A stretch of 61,966 nt of DNA, the filler included, from Anaerolineae bacterium (GTDB lineage: Bacteria; Chloroflexota; Anaerolineae; Epilineales; Epilineaceae), in NCBI GenBank assembly GCA_029262755.1. It is 7 parts of 7 records of this genome, joined end to end, with 100 filler letters (N's around TTAATTAATTAA, not from the genome) between each part and the next. Parts side by side here need not be neighbours in the genome. Positions count along the whole stretch, not along the records: positions 1 to 11,611 come from JAJCYU010000166.1; positions 11,712 to 21,918 come from JAJCYU010000169.1; 5 more parts are not named here. One strand, 5' to 3'. The position numbers were made by a program, and so were the translations under genes. The notes below the pieces were generated by a model. That model was not told the DNA's origin and made no database searches. It saw nothing but the letters and a program-made list of their open reading frames with translations. This document shows positions 9,222 through 20,740 of this stretch, piece by piece; position 1 is the stretch's first letter, and the number at the start of each line of letters is the position of its first letter.

Positions 9222-11611
9222 CTACACCCCGTCCCGGAGCAGCCACGGCAGCACGATCGTCCGCGGCGGTTCCGGCGTTGCGGTGGGCGTGCCCGTCGAC
9301 GTCGCGGTCGCCGTCGGCGTCGGCGTTGCGCTCGCGGTGGGCAACGCCGTGGGTCGCGGTGGCGGTTCCTCCGCGGCGACGACCGGCTCGTGGACGAGCA
9401 GGCCGATATCGCGACCGGCGATCGCGAGGCGATCCCCGACCGAGGCAAGCGCGACGTGAAGCTGGTTGGGCTGGAGGAAATTCCGGCCGACGGGAACGCG
9501 CTGGCGACGGCCGCTGAAGTCGGGGAGCGAAGGCACGCGTAGATCGACCTCGCGAACGGTGTGCACCACGCTGCCCGGTTCGGGGGATTGGGTCTGGAAC
9601 GAAAGCCAGGCCCGTCCCTCCGTCACGTGGACGCCGATCGGCATGCCGAACCACGGAGGCCACTCCAGGCGACCGATCTGGCGCAGCGAGCCCTCGTCCC
9701 CCGGCTCGACGACGAGCAAGCCCGCCGCACTGTCGAGCAACACGATGAGTGCGCCGAAGGACGCCACGTCGCGCACGTTCGTCGCGGCAAGGAGCGGGTC
9801 GAGATAGGTGAGTCGATCTGCCTCGATTCCCACGCGCAGCAATCCCGGAGAGCCGGTGCCGACATACACGATGCTGTTGCGCACCGCAATGCCGCCGAAG
9901 CCTCGGCCGTCCGTTCGCAGCCTTCGTCCGAGCGACTCCGCGTTCGGATGAAAGCCACCGCCCGGCGCGAGCGGCAACACGGAAAGGATCCACTGCTCGC
10001 TTAGCAAGAGCTTGCTGCCCTGCCGCCACTTGAGCGCAAAGTGCGTGTCGTCCGCATCGATGACGCCGACGGCAACGGGCAACAGATCTTCCTGAATACC
10101 GAGCGAGGCCGTCCCAAGCAGCTTGGGCCGGCCCGGCCGCGTGACGTTGAGGGCGAACGCGATTCCACGCAGGTCCACGCCGTATAGCACGTCGCCGCGC
10201 CCGAAGAGTGCGGCCACCGGCCCGACACGCGGATGGCTCCAGGTCCCGACGACCACGGGCCCCTCCGCCGCGCCGGGGTCCACCGCATAGATCGTCGCCT
10301 GGTCGGCGACCCACAGCGTCCCACCTGCAGCGGCCAGCGCTTGCGGCGCGACCGGTGCCCCGGGTGACACGGCTATCCGCGACGTCGGGCTCAGGCTGCC
10401 ATCGCCTAGCCTTCCCAACGCGAGCAATTCGGAGTTCGCAGCCGACCACACACTCGCGTCCCGCGACGCGACGGCCTTAGGCTCCGGCACGCGGTGCTCG
10501 GACGTGATGCGCGGCGCGTCGGGATCCGTGATGTCCACCGTGACGATCCGGCCACGGCGATCGACGATGTCGGCCCGGCCGTCGCCGGCTGTCACGCCGA
10601 CGGGCACGAGCGCGGAGGGCACGCCGTACATGCCGGACGGATCGTCGTCCGACTCCCGTAGGCGGCCGCGCAGTCGCGGGGCACCGGTAGTCGCCACGTC
10701 GAGGGCATGCAGCGCATTACCGGGTCCCGTCGACCAGATCGTCCCATCCGCGCTGACCGCTCCGTCCAGCCCACTGCCGGGGAACGCCAACCCGTCGGTG
10801 AACGTGATGAAGGACCCGCCACCCACCTCGACCTCACGGCGCTCCACCGCCATGAGCAGACCATGTTGGGTTGGTGGCCTTGGCGTGGGCTGCGGACCGG
10901 GTGTCCGTGTCGGCCGTGGCGTAGGCGTCGCCCAGCCCGGTATCAACAGGATCCAATCTTCCGGATTGGGCGAGAACTGCCCGTCCTCGTGATCGGGCCC
11001 CGCCAGCGCGAAGATCCGCCCGTGCGCGCGCAGAACGGTGTTCCACGAAGGCTTACCGAACTTGAGCGCCAAGCCGACGCGTTCCCAGTCGAGGACCTCG
11101 GGTTGACCGACCTCTGCAATCCGGTACGTGTCGTCCTCTTGCGCGACCACGGCAACCCCGGACCGGCCGGCGGCCAGCCAGAGCCGATCGCCGTCAAGGG
11201 CCATGCCGCGCACGTAGCCCGGTGGCTGCACGTCCGGGGTGGACGTATCGGTCAACGCTCCATCCGCGGCCACGTCGTAGCGGCGCAACGGGCCAAAGCC
11301 GCCGGCCACCCAAACGCGCCGGCCGCCGGGCTCCACGGTGATCGCGGTGATCGGCAGCGCCGCCGCCTCGCCGCGCGCGAGCAACCGCGGCGCCCGCGTG
11401 CCCTGATCACGGAACACGTGCAGCCGCGTCCCGACCCCGACGAACACGAGCTCGCTTTCGACCGCCACGACCGCCGCCGGGCCGCCGACCTGCCACGTTC
11501 GCGCCACGTCCTGGGCGGACGCGGGCGGCGCGAATCGCGCTGGGAGCAGCGAAGCGAGCAGGAGCGGCAGGACGATCGCGGCGGCGCGTCGAGCCCGCCG
11601 CCAGGCCCGGT
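9222..11611 (-). CDS. Exported LVIVD-like beta-propeller protein with Pro/Thr linker and IVLPWLLR tail; 5' end cut by contig edge
   Basis: The frame extends upstream of 11507 as a signal peptide (RRARRAAAIVLPLLLASLLPARFAPPASA|Q). Repeats such as VDITDPDAPRITS and LNVTRPGRPKLLG. Confidence 0.75.
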
Positions 11612-11711
11612 NNNNNNNNNNNNNNNNNNNNNNNNNNNNNNNNNNNNNNNNNNNNTTAATTAATTAANNNNNNNNNNNNNNNNNNNNNNNNNNNNNNNNN
11701 NNNNNNNNNNN
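11612..11711. other. Artificial contig spacer
   Basis: N44-TTAATTAATTAA-N44, a six-frame stop linker. Confidence 0.99.
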
Positions 11712-11712
11712 G

Positions 11713-14370
11713 CGCCTCGACCCGTCGGCATCGGCCGATCTACTCGCCGCGGCGCTCGGTGCGCGCTGTGAGGAGGATTTGGCAGCGGCTGCTGTCGCCG
11801 GGTCGGGCGGCAACGCGCTCTTCCTGCGGCAATTGCTCCTCGCGTGGCACGAGGAACAGCGGATCGCGCGAAACAACGAAGGTATGTGGGGCTTTGTGCC
11901 CGATGCGGGCGGAGGCGCGGCAACTGAGCCAGGTGCTCGCGGTACAGAGGAAGCCGCGGCCGCACGCCACGCGCACGGTGGCGGCGAGCGCTCGGTTCGG
12001 GGCGAGGTCGAGATCGATCTCGAGGCCAATCTTGAGGTCGAGGGTCTGACGGGGAGTGCGATAGGCGCAAAATCATCGGGCACGTCAGTCCATTCTGAAC
12101 ATGCCGGCGCGGGCACCGATGATGTGCCGACCGAACCGGCGGCCGTGCCGGAGGCGGTCGAGCGCGTGATCGAGGGACGCCTGGATCGGCTGCCCCCGCC
12201 AGCCCGCGCCGTCCTTGAGGTCGCTGCGATTCTTGGGCGCGAGGTTCGTCTCGCGCTCGTGCGCGAGGTCGCCGGCCTCGACGACGACGCGTTGCTCGCT
12301 GCGCTGCGCACGCTATGCGACCACGGCATGTTGATCGAGACGGACGTCGGCTACCGCTTCGATCACGAGCTGCCGCGTGCGGTGTGCCGGCTGGCCATGG
12401 CGCGCAGCCGCTACCTCGCCTTGCATCAGTCGGCGGCGGAGGCGCTCGTGGACGGCAACGCGCCCGATCCCGCTCGCCTCGCGGGGCACTTTCGACAGGC
12501 CGAGGCGTGGGGCCCCGCGATCGACTACGCGCTGGACGCGGCGGATGCCGCCCAGCGCTCCGCCGCTACGCAAAGCGCCTGGACCTTTGTCGATCAGGCG
12601 CTCACGCTGCTAGACGATCATGCACCGTGGTCCGAAGCCGATGCCGCCTCGCGCCGAATCCGGGGCCTTTGTCTGCGCCGGACCTTGGCTTGGATGCGCG
12701 GCGACCGCGCCCGATCCGATGCGGACGCCGAGGCCATGGCGCTCTTGGCGGTATCGGCCGCAGGCGAGGAGCGTCAGCGGCTTCTGCGGGGTCTGATCCA
12801 CCATGCGATCACGGTGCGCAAGGACTTCGAGGCGGCGGTGCCGCTCGTCGCGCAAGCGCAGGAGGACGCCGAGTTGCGCGACGATCCGCTGGCCAACGTG
12901 CTGGCCCTACGCGACCGGGCGATGCTACTACGCTTCCAAGACCGATATGACGAAGCCCGTACCCAGCTCGAGCGCGCTCGCGCGCTGCTGCGAGCCGAGC
13001 ACACGATCCCGCCGGAGCAAACCGCCGATCAGGAAGGCCGGGTGCTTGGCGAGCTATCAATTGTCAGCCGCCGCAGCGGGGAGCTCGAGGCGGCCGTGGC
13101 CTATGGGCAGCGCGCGGTCGAGATCGCAGAGGCCCTCGAGCACGGCGAGCTGCTCGTGCACGCCCTGAGCTGTCTGTACGCCGCCACCTATTGGCTAGGT
13201 CGGCTCGAAGCCTGCTCCGCGCTGGTTGAGCGCGGCAGAGATGTGGCGCGACGCGTCGGCAACCGGCACAACCAGGCGGTCTTCGAGGGCCATCGCAGCA
13301 TGATCGCCTGGAGCCTGCGCGACTACGGCACGGCTCTGGAGAGCGCCCGCGCTTCGTTCGCACTCTACGACGCGATCGACGACCGCCTCGGCCGCGCGAT
13401 TGCCGCCTACGGGCTGGGAAATCTCTTGCTGGAGACCGGGAAGGTGCAGGAGGCAGCCGAGATCTTGGACGACGCATTGCGCGGCTACGAGACGCTCGAT
13501 CAACGGCTCTCCGTCGCGCGCATCCTGAGCACGATCGCCGATTTGCATACGCAACGCGGTGAGCTGGACGCAGCCAGAACCCGCATCGAGGAGGGCACGG
13601 CCATCGCGCTCGACATCGAGTCAGACGGCGCGCTCGCCGACTTGGACGGGGCGCGCGGTCGGCTGGCGATGGCAGAGGCGCGGCCGTCGGACGCAGCAGC
13701 GGCATTTCGGCGCGCCCTGGCCACCTTCGAGGCACAGGGCCTGACCAGCCACGTTCCGGCCGTTCGTGCCTGGATCGCCGTCGCCGACCACGCGCGCGGC
13801 GAGGCCGATGCCGCGCTTGCCGGCGCCCGACGCGCGTGGGAGGAACTGGCCGCGGACGAAGGGCCCGAGGACGTCGAGCGTGCGCTCGGGAACCTGGTAC
13901 AGCTCGCGCGCGACCTAGGGCCCGCCGCCGAAGCAGCGGAGTGGGCGCGCGATGCGGCCCGGCGCGTCGAGACCTTCGCGCGCTCGCTGCCCGATGCGGA
14001 GTCGCGGCGCACCTATCGCGAGGACGTACCAGCGGTCCGCGCGATCCTGGCGGCGGAGCGCGCCGGTCGCGCGGCGACCATCGAGGTCCGCGTGCCACGG
14101 TATGTCGCCGAGGACAACGTCGCCGCGGAACACGTCTCAGGAGCGGCGCCCGCTTCCGATGAAGCCACGGTTGCGATCACGTGGTCGCCACACGACCCCG
14201 CTGATGACGCGATCGTCGGCAAGGTCGCGCGCCGCAGGCACCGCATCGCCCGGCTGCTTGCAGAAGCCCAAGAGCAGGGCGGTGCGCCGACCTCCGCCGA
14301 CCTGGCCGGCGTACTCGGCGTGAGCCGGCGCACGGTCGAGCGCGATCTCGAGGCGATGCGAGACGATTGA
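11713..14370 (+). CDS. STAND-type ATPase/TPR transcriptional regulator with C-terminal DUF1670-like HTH; 5'-truncated
   Basis: GGNALFL (GxP-like motif), RLDRLPPPARAVLEVAAILG, YRFDHEL, long TPR array, and C-terminal RRHRIARLLAEAQEQGGAPTSADLAGVLGVSRRTVERDL. Confidence 0.8.
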   Translation, partial: RLDPSASADLLAAALGARCEEDLAAAAVAGSGGNALFLRQLLLAWHEEQRIARNNEGMWGFVPDAGGGAATEPGARGTEEAAAARHAHGGGERSVRGEVEIDLEANLEVEGLTGSAIGAKSSGTSVHSEHAGAGTDDVPTEPAAVPEAVERVIEGRLDRLPPPARAVLEVAAILGREVRLALVREVAGLDDDALLAALRTLCDHGMLIETDVGYRFDHELPRAVCRLAMARSRYLALHQSAAEALVDGNAPDPARLAGHFRQAEAWGPAIDYALDAADAAQRSAATQSAWTFVDQALTLLDDHAPWSEADAASRRIRGLCLRRTLAWMRGDRARSDADAEAMALLAVSAAGEERQRLLRGLIHHAITVRKDFEAAVPLVAQAQEDAELRDDPLANVLALRDRAMLLRFQDRYDEARTQLERARALLRAEHTIPPEQTADQEGRVLGELSIVSRRSGELEAAVAYGQRAVEIAEALEHGELLVHALSCLYAATYWLGRLEACSALVERGRDVARRVGNRHNQAVFEGHRSMIAWSLRDYGTALESARASFALYDAIDDRLGRAIAAYGLGNLLLETGKVQEAAEILDDALRGYETLDQRLSVARILSTIADLHTQRGELDAARTRIEEGTAIALDIESDGALADLDGARGRLAMAEARPSDAAAAFRRALATFEAQGLTSHVPAVRAWIAVADHARGEADAALAGARRAWEELAADEGPEDVERALGNLVQLARDLGPAAEAAEWARDAARRVETFARSLPDAESRRTYREDVPAVRAILAAERAGRAATIEVRVPRYVAEDNVAAEHVSGAAPASDEATVAITWSPHDPADDAIVGKVARRRHRIARLLAEAQEQGGAPTSADLAGVLGVSRRTVERDLEAMRDD

Positions 14371-14694
14371 CATTGTTGTCGTGCCGGAGCCCGTGGATGG
14401 CAACATCGACGCTGCACGATGATCGAACCCGGGAAGAAGCTTCGAGGACAAAGTACGGGTTTCGATGAACGGGTGACGGTGTACGCGCAACGGTGTACGG
14501 GCTGGAACAATCAGCCCGGCCGCGGTTCGAGGGCGTAGCGAAGTGCGGTCAGCGGCGATAGTGAATTCGGCCGCAGTCGCGTCGGAGCGCGCGTGATGGG
14601 GCGTGGCTCGTACCTAGGCCGTGGTCGGTGGCCTGCAAGCGGTGTGCGGTGTCCGGCAGGCCGGTAATGACGTGTTCCGGGCGGACGGCCCGCG

Positions 14695-16239
<1,545 letters not shown>

Positions 16240-16242
16240 GGA

Positions 16243-16554
16243 TCAGCCCGCGTGCGGCGGCCGAAGCACGCCGGTTGGCGCGCCGGTGTCAGGCTGCTCC
16301 GGACCGCGCGCGAGCACCGCCTTGCGTTGCTTGCGAAAGGCGTGGCGGGGCAAGAGAACCTTGCGCGCGCAGCCGTCGCAGCGCAGCCCGATGTCGGCGC
16401 CGACGCGCACCACGATCCACGTGTCCGCGCCGCAGGGATGGCTCTTGCGCATCCGCACGTGGTCGCCGAGCCGCGTGTCGTCCAGCGGCCGGACGGTGCC
16501 CCGCGAACCCGTCGTCGAGCCGGTAGGCGCGTCCGATCCGGGGGCTGCGGTCAC
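16243..16554 (-). CDS. DUF951 family small protein
   Basis: LGDHVRMRKSHPCGADTWIVVRVGADIGLRCDGC; GTG start at 16554 with AAGGAG 7 nt upstream. Confidence 0.88.
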   Translation of the reverse strand: MTAAPGSDAPTGSTTGSRGTVRPLDDTRLGDHVRMRKSHPCGADTWIVVRVGADIGLRCDGCARKVLLPRHAFRKQRKAVLARGPEQPDTGAPTGVLRPPHAG

Positions 16555-16593
16555 GGCAAGGCTCCTTCGGCGAGATGGGCGCGGCGGCGGCGG

Positions 16594-16685
16594 AGTATAG
16601 CATGTGCATGAGGGTCCACGGTCGCCGCCGCCGCCGCATCGAGCGACGGTCGAGGCGCGGATCGAGGGCCGCATCGTGCTAGACT
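16594..16685. promoter_or_regulatory. Back-to-back extended -10 promoters
   Basis: TGC-TATACT on the minus strand (16602-16594) and TGC-TAGACT on the plus strand (16677-16685), each about 40 nt upstream of a divergent gene with an SD. Confidence 0.6.
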
Positions 16686-16727
16686 TCGGCCCTTCCCGCG
16701 CCGTGGGCGCCCTTGGAGCAACCGACC

Positions 16728-17393
16728 ATGATCATCCAGCGGGCTCTCTCCGATCCCGGTTATTTCGTTGCCCTGGTGACGACCCTCATCATCGGGCTGA
16801 CCTTCCACGAGTTCGCTCATGCGTGGACGGCGAACCGCCTCGGTGACAGCCTTGCCGCCAGCCAGGGCCGCCTGACGCTGGATCCACGCAAGCACATTGA
16901 CCCCATGGGCGCGTTGGTGTTCTTGATGGTCGGCTTCGGCTGGGCCAAGCCCGTGCCGATCGATGCCTGGCGCCTCGACCGCAACGAGGTCTTGCTCGTT
17001 GCGATGGCCGGTCCGGTGTCCAACATCCTGCTCGCCTCTGTATCGGGCGTCCTCTTGCGGGTGTTGTTCGACGTCGGCGGGGTGCCGATCGCCGTGCTTT
17101 CGTTCCTAGTAGCATTTACCTACCTAAACCTGGTCCTGGCCTGCTTCAACATGATTCCCGTGCCGCCATTGGATGGCTGGAAGGTGCTGCTTGGACTGGT
17201 GCCCGCGGAATGGTCGTTCCGGTTGCGAGAGCTCGAGCCGCGGGCCTCCATCCTGTTGCTCGTGCTCATCTTCGCGCCGGGCTTTCTTCGCTTGCCTTTC
17301 AACCCCATCTGGGATGTCATCAACCCCGCGATCCGCGTGTTGTGGTGGCTGCTCGTCGGCCCCGAGCTGCAGGCGCCGAACGCAGCGGCATGA
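16728..17393 (+). CDS. Site-2 protease family (M50) intramembrane zinc metalloprotease
   Basis: HEFAH, GRLTLDP..HIDP, GFGWAKPVP, AGPVSN and FNMIPVPPLDG. Confidence 0.93.
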   Translation: MIIQRALSDPGYFVALVTTLIIGLTFHEFAHAWTANRLGDSLAASQGRLTLDPRKHIDPMGALVFLMVGFGWAKPVPIDAWRLDRNEVLLVAMAGPVSNILLASVSGVLLRVLFDVGGVPIAVLSFLVAFTYLNLVLACFNMIPVPPLDGWKVLLGLVPAEWSFRLRELEPRASILLLVLIFAPGFLRLPFNPIWDVINPAIRVLWWLLVGPELQAPNAAA

Positions 17394-17977
17394 TGCTCCC
17401 AGCGCGGGACACGGGGGACGCAGCGTCGCACGAGCCGCAACCGCGCCCCCGTGCGCCGCAAGCCGCACGCTACCGCACCGCACAGTTCTTCGCGGCCGTG
17501 CGGGCGCGGCGCAGCCCGCCGTCGCTCGAACCGGCGCGCGAGGTTCTCGGCGACGAGCTGTTCGCGCTCTTTGTGCGGATGCCGCCGGAAGACCAACGGC
17601 ACGGCCTTGAGGTCTTCGGCCGGCTCGAGGCGACGGGCAATCGGGACCCGATTCTGCTCCGGGCGGCGCTCTTGCACGATCTGGGCAAGGCCGAGGCCGG
17701 CGTCGGCTTGCCGCACCGGGTCGCACGTGTCGTGTTGCGCGCTGTTTGGCCCCCGCTCTGGCAACGCCTTGCGGCCGCGCCGACTGGGTGGCGACGGCCA
17801 TTCTGGGCCGTGGCGAACCATCCGGCGCGCGGAGCGGTTTGGGTCGAGACCGCGGGCGGCGATCCCGATTTGTGTGCGCTGATCCGCTATCACGAGTCCG
17901 CGGCGCCCGCGGAGTGGCGGGGTTCAGAACAGGCCCGCCGCCTCGCCGCCCTCCAAGAAATCGACGCACTCTGTTAG
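17390..17977 (+). CDS. HD-domain protein
   Basis: ATGA overlap with the M50 gene; DQRH, ALLHDLGK, HPARGA, RYHE and terminal D. Confidence 0.85.
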   Translation: MMLPARDTGDAASHEPQPRPRAPQAARYRTAQFFAAVRARRSPPSLEPAREVLGDELFALFVRMPPEDQRHGLEVFGRLEATGNRDPILLRAALLHDLGKAEAGVGLPHRVARVVLRAVWPPLWQRLAAAPTGWRRPFWAVANHPARGAVWVETAGGDPDLCALIRYHESAAPAEWRGSEQARRLAALQEIDALC

Positions 17978-18093
17978 GGATTGTGCCGTCCACCCAGCGC
18001 CGCTGCCGCGTCCCAGACTGAGTCCCAGCCCCAAGCCCCCCACACGTGGCCCACATACATCCGCCACGCCCAACCCCACGAAGGACGTCCCCG

Positions 18094-19260
18094 ATGGCAG
18101 GCAAGAGGCGCGAATCCAAGCAGAAGTCCTCCGCGACCCGCGCACCGCGCATCGCGATCATCGGGCTCGGCACGGACGCACGCGCCCTTGCCCTAGCCTT
18201 GCAGCGCGTGAAGACCGACTACGAGCTGGTCGGCCACGACCGTGAGGCGGAACGCGCGCGAACGGCTCTCGCCGACGGCCTCGTAGATCGCAACGAGTGG
18301 AACCTCTTCGACGCCGTGGAGCCCGCCGATCTGGTGGTGTTGGCGGAGCCACTCGACCAGCTCTTGATCACGTTGGAGCAGATCGCGCCCCACCTGCGGC
18401 CGGGCGCCCTCGTCACGGATCTGGCCGCGCTCAAGGCGCCGGTGCTGGAACTGGCAACCCGCGTGCTGCCAGACGAGGTGTCCTTCGTAGGGGGCCACCT
18501 GCTGATCGATCGTGCTCGGGTGCAGCGCGCGGAGCAATCGCGCGGCGCCGGAAAGGGCGGCAAGCGAGACGGGAAGCGGGCGGGCAAGCGTGAGGGCGCC
18601 GACTCAGATTCGCCGGTCGACGCGCCGACCGGAACCGCGCCCTTGCATGGCGCCACGTGGTGTTTGAGCCCCGCCCCCAACGCCACGGACGATGCCGTGC
18701 GCGTGCTCGGACGCTTGGTCCGTGCGGTGGGCGCCGAAGCGCTGTTCATCGACGCCAAAGAACATGACGCGCTGGTCGCGGGCGTCTCGCTGCTCCCCCG
18801 CTTAACGGCGGCGGCGCAGCTGCGCTTGATCGCGGCGAGCCCTTCGGCGGACGATCTGCGCCGGCTGGCCGACCCCACCCTGCGCGTCTTGCTCGACGAC
18901 GACGACTGGCGTTCGCCCGAAGACCTGGCCACGGGCAGCGCAACGCGCAGCGCGTTGCTGCACTGGCTGGACGGCTTGGAGACGGAGCTCGCACGGTTGC
19001 GCAGCGCCCTGCTCGACGAGGGCGACGATGCGCTCACGGACCTGGCCGCAGAGACGACGGAGGCCTTCGCGGGTTGGTTGGCGCCGCCCGAGCCCGGTGA
19101 GCAGTCGGCCATCCTGGACGACCTCTCGCCCAAGAACGTGATGCGTCGCATGCTCTTCGGCGGACGCCGGCGCGAGGACAGTGCACCGCGACCCGAGGAG
19201 CGCCGAGCGGGGGAGCGCGGAGCGGAGGACGAGGGAGAGGGATCGGGGGCCGACGCCTAG
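18094..19260 (+). CDS. Prephenate/arogenate dehydrogenase-like (TyrA-fold) protein with degenerate motifs
   Basis: IAIIGLG, ADLVVLAEP, VTDLAALK, FVGGH and AKEHD follow the TyrA layout, but several conserved residues are substituted. Confidence 0.72.
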   Translation: MAGKRRESKQKSSATRAPRIAIIGLGTDARALALALQRVKTDYELVGHDREAERARTALADGLVDRNEWNLFDAVEPADLVVLAEPLDQLLITLEQIAPHLRPGALVTDLAALKAPVLELATRVLPDEVSFVGGHLLIDRARVQRAEQSRGAGKGGKRDGKRAGKREGADSDSPVDAPTGTAPLHGATWCLSPAPNATDDAVRVLGRLVRAVGAEALFIDAKEHDALVAGVSLLPRLTAAAQLRLIAASPSADDLRRLADPTLRVLLDDDDWRSPEDLATGSATRSALLHWLDGLETELARLRSALLDEGDDALTDLAAETTEAFAGWLAPPEPGEQSAILDDLSPKNVMRRMLFGGRRREDSAPRPEERRAGERGAEDEGEGSGADA

Positions 19261-19330
19261 GAGGGAGCGGCTGAGGGCGCAACGGAGGGCGAATCGCAAG
19301 GCGTTTCGAGGGCGAATCGAAGGGTGCAAC
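19261..19330. repeat. Degenerate 11-12-bp tandem repeat (GAGGGCGAATCG-like, about 6 units)
   Basis: gagggagcggct / gagggcgcaacg / gagggcgaatcg / caaggcgtttc / gagggcgaatcg / aagggtgcaac, intergenic. Confidence 0.6.
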
Positions 19331-19435
19331 AGACGGCCCATCCGAAAGCGCATCGGAGGTCGCTTCGGCCCGTCGTTCGCGCGCAATGCCCGCATCCCTT
19401 GGCTTCCCTCCCGGCCCTCCCTACAATCCCGGCCC

Positions 19436-20740
19436 GTGTCCAGACCTGAGGCCCCCGCGCCGCCGCAGCGCCATGTGCTCATGGTGGCGCCGACCTCCTT
19501 CTTCGCAGATTACGGCTGCCACGTGCGCATCCTCGAGGAAGCGCGCGTGTTGCGGCGCCTCGGCGTGCGCGTCACGGTGGTCACCTATCGCAACGGGGAG
19601 GACGTGGACGGCCTCGCGATCCGTCGCACGTTGCCGATTCCCTGGCGGCGCGACTACGAGGTCGGATCTTCGAGGCACAAGCTCGCCTTCGACGCGTTGC
19701 TCGGCATCACCACGCTGCGCGCGGCCCTGCGTCTCAAACCCGACATCATCCACGGCCACCTGCACGAAGGCGCCCTGATCGGCGGTGTGGTTGCAGCGTT
19801 GCTGCGCAAGCCGCTCGTCTTCGACTACCAAGGCAGCCTAACGGGCGAAATGGTGGACCATCACTTTCTGATCGAAGGCGGCCGTTGGCATCGCGCAACA
19901 CGACGCCTTGAGAGGCTCATCGACCATCTGCCCGACGCGATCGTGACCAGCTCGCGCCCGGCCGCCGACCACCTCGCTGATGACTTCGGCGTGGATCCGC
20001 GGCGGATTACGGCGCTGCCGGACTGCGTGGATGCCACCGCGTTTCGGCCGGATGTGCTTGGACCCAAGGCCATTGCGGCAGGCAGGCGGGCATTGGGCAT
20101 TCCGGAGGGACGCTCCGTCGTAGCCTACCTTGGGCTCCTCGCCCGTCACCAGGGCACAAACCTCCTGTTGCACGCCGCGACGCGCGTCATCGCGGCAAGA
20201 CCGGACACACACTTTCTGATCATGGGCTTCCCCGGCACCGATCACTACGCCGCGCGTGCGGCGCAGATGGGCCTTGCCGACCACGTGACGTTCACAGGGC
20301 GCGTGCCCTACGCCGAGGCGCCGGTCCACCTGGCCCTCGGCGATGTTGCCGTGGCGCCCAAGATCAGCCAGACGGAGGGCAGCGGCAAGCTGCTGAACTA
20401 CATGGCGATGGGCCTGCCCTGCGTAGCCTTCGACACGCCCGTCAACCGCGACTTCCTCGGCTCCGACGGCGTGCTCGTGCCCAACGCGAACGATGACGGG
20501 CTCGCCGACGCGTTGCTCGCGCAGTTGGCCGATCTTCCGGCCGCGCGCGCCGCGGGGCGACGCTTGCGCGCCCGCGCCATCGAGCGCTTCGATTGGCTGC
20601 ACGCCGGTCGCCGGCTGCTCGACATCTACGAGCACGCCATCGCGGCCCGCGCGGCCGATGCGCCATTGCCCGGGCCGGGAGCGCCCCCACCGGCGCTGCG
20701 CGACGCCGCGGCGGAGCTCCTGCGCCGGGACGGCATCTGA
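19436..20740 (+). CDS. GT4 family glycosyltransferase
   Basis: PDIIHGHLHEG, YLGLLARHQG, FTGRVPY and EGSGKLLNYMAMGLPCVAFD; GTG start 8 nt after TACAAT. Confidence 0.9.
   Translation: MSRPEAPAPPQRHVLMVAPTSFFADYGCHVRILEEARVLRRLGVRVTVVTYRNGEDVDGLAIRRTLPIPWRRDYEVGSSRHKLAFDALLGITTLRAALRLKPDIIHGHLHEGALIGGVVAALLRKPLVFDYQGSLTGEMVDHHFLIEGGRWHRATRRLERLIDHLPDAIVTSSRPAADHLADDFGVDPRRITALPDCVDATAFRPDVLGPKAIAAGRRALGIPEGRSVVAYLGLLARHQGTNLLLHAATRVIAARPDTHFLIMGFPGTDHYAARAAQMGLADHVTFTGRVPYAEAPVHLALGDVAVAPKISQTEGSGKLLNYMAMGLPCVAFDTPVNRDFLGSDGVLVPNANDDGLADALLAQLADLPAARAAGRRLRARAIERFDWLHAGRRLLDIYEHAIAARAADAPLPGPGAPPPALRDAAAELLRRDGI

Noticed and set aside
11713..14370. STAND protein as an Avs-type antiphage system
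   Set aside because: The visible output is a C-terminal HTH, and there is no nuclease or other toxic effector or defence context. The N-terminus is missing, so it cannot be fully excluded.
16243..16245. Selenocysteine recoding of the DUF951 TGA
   Set aside because: The position is not a Cys-equivalent catalytic site, and I could not identify a SECIS-like hairpin.
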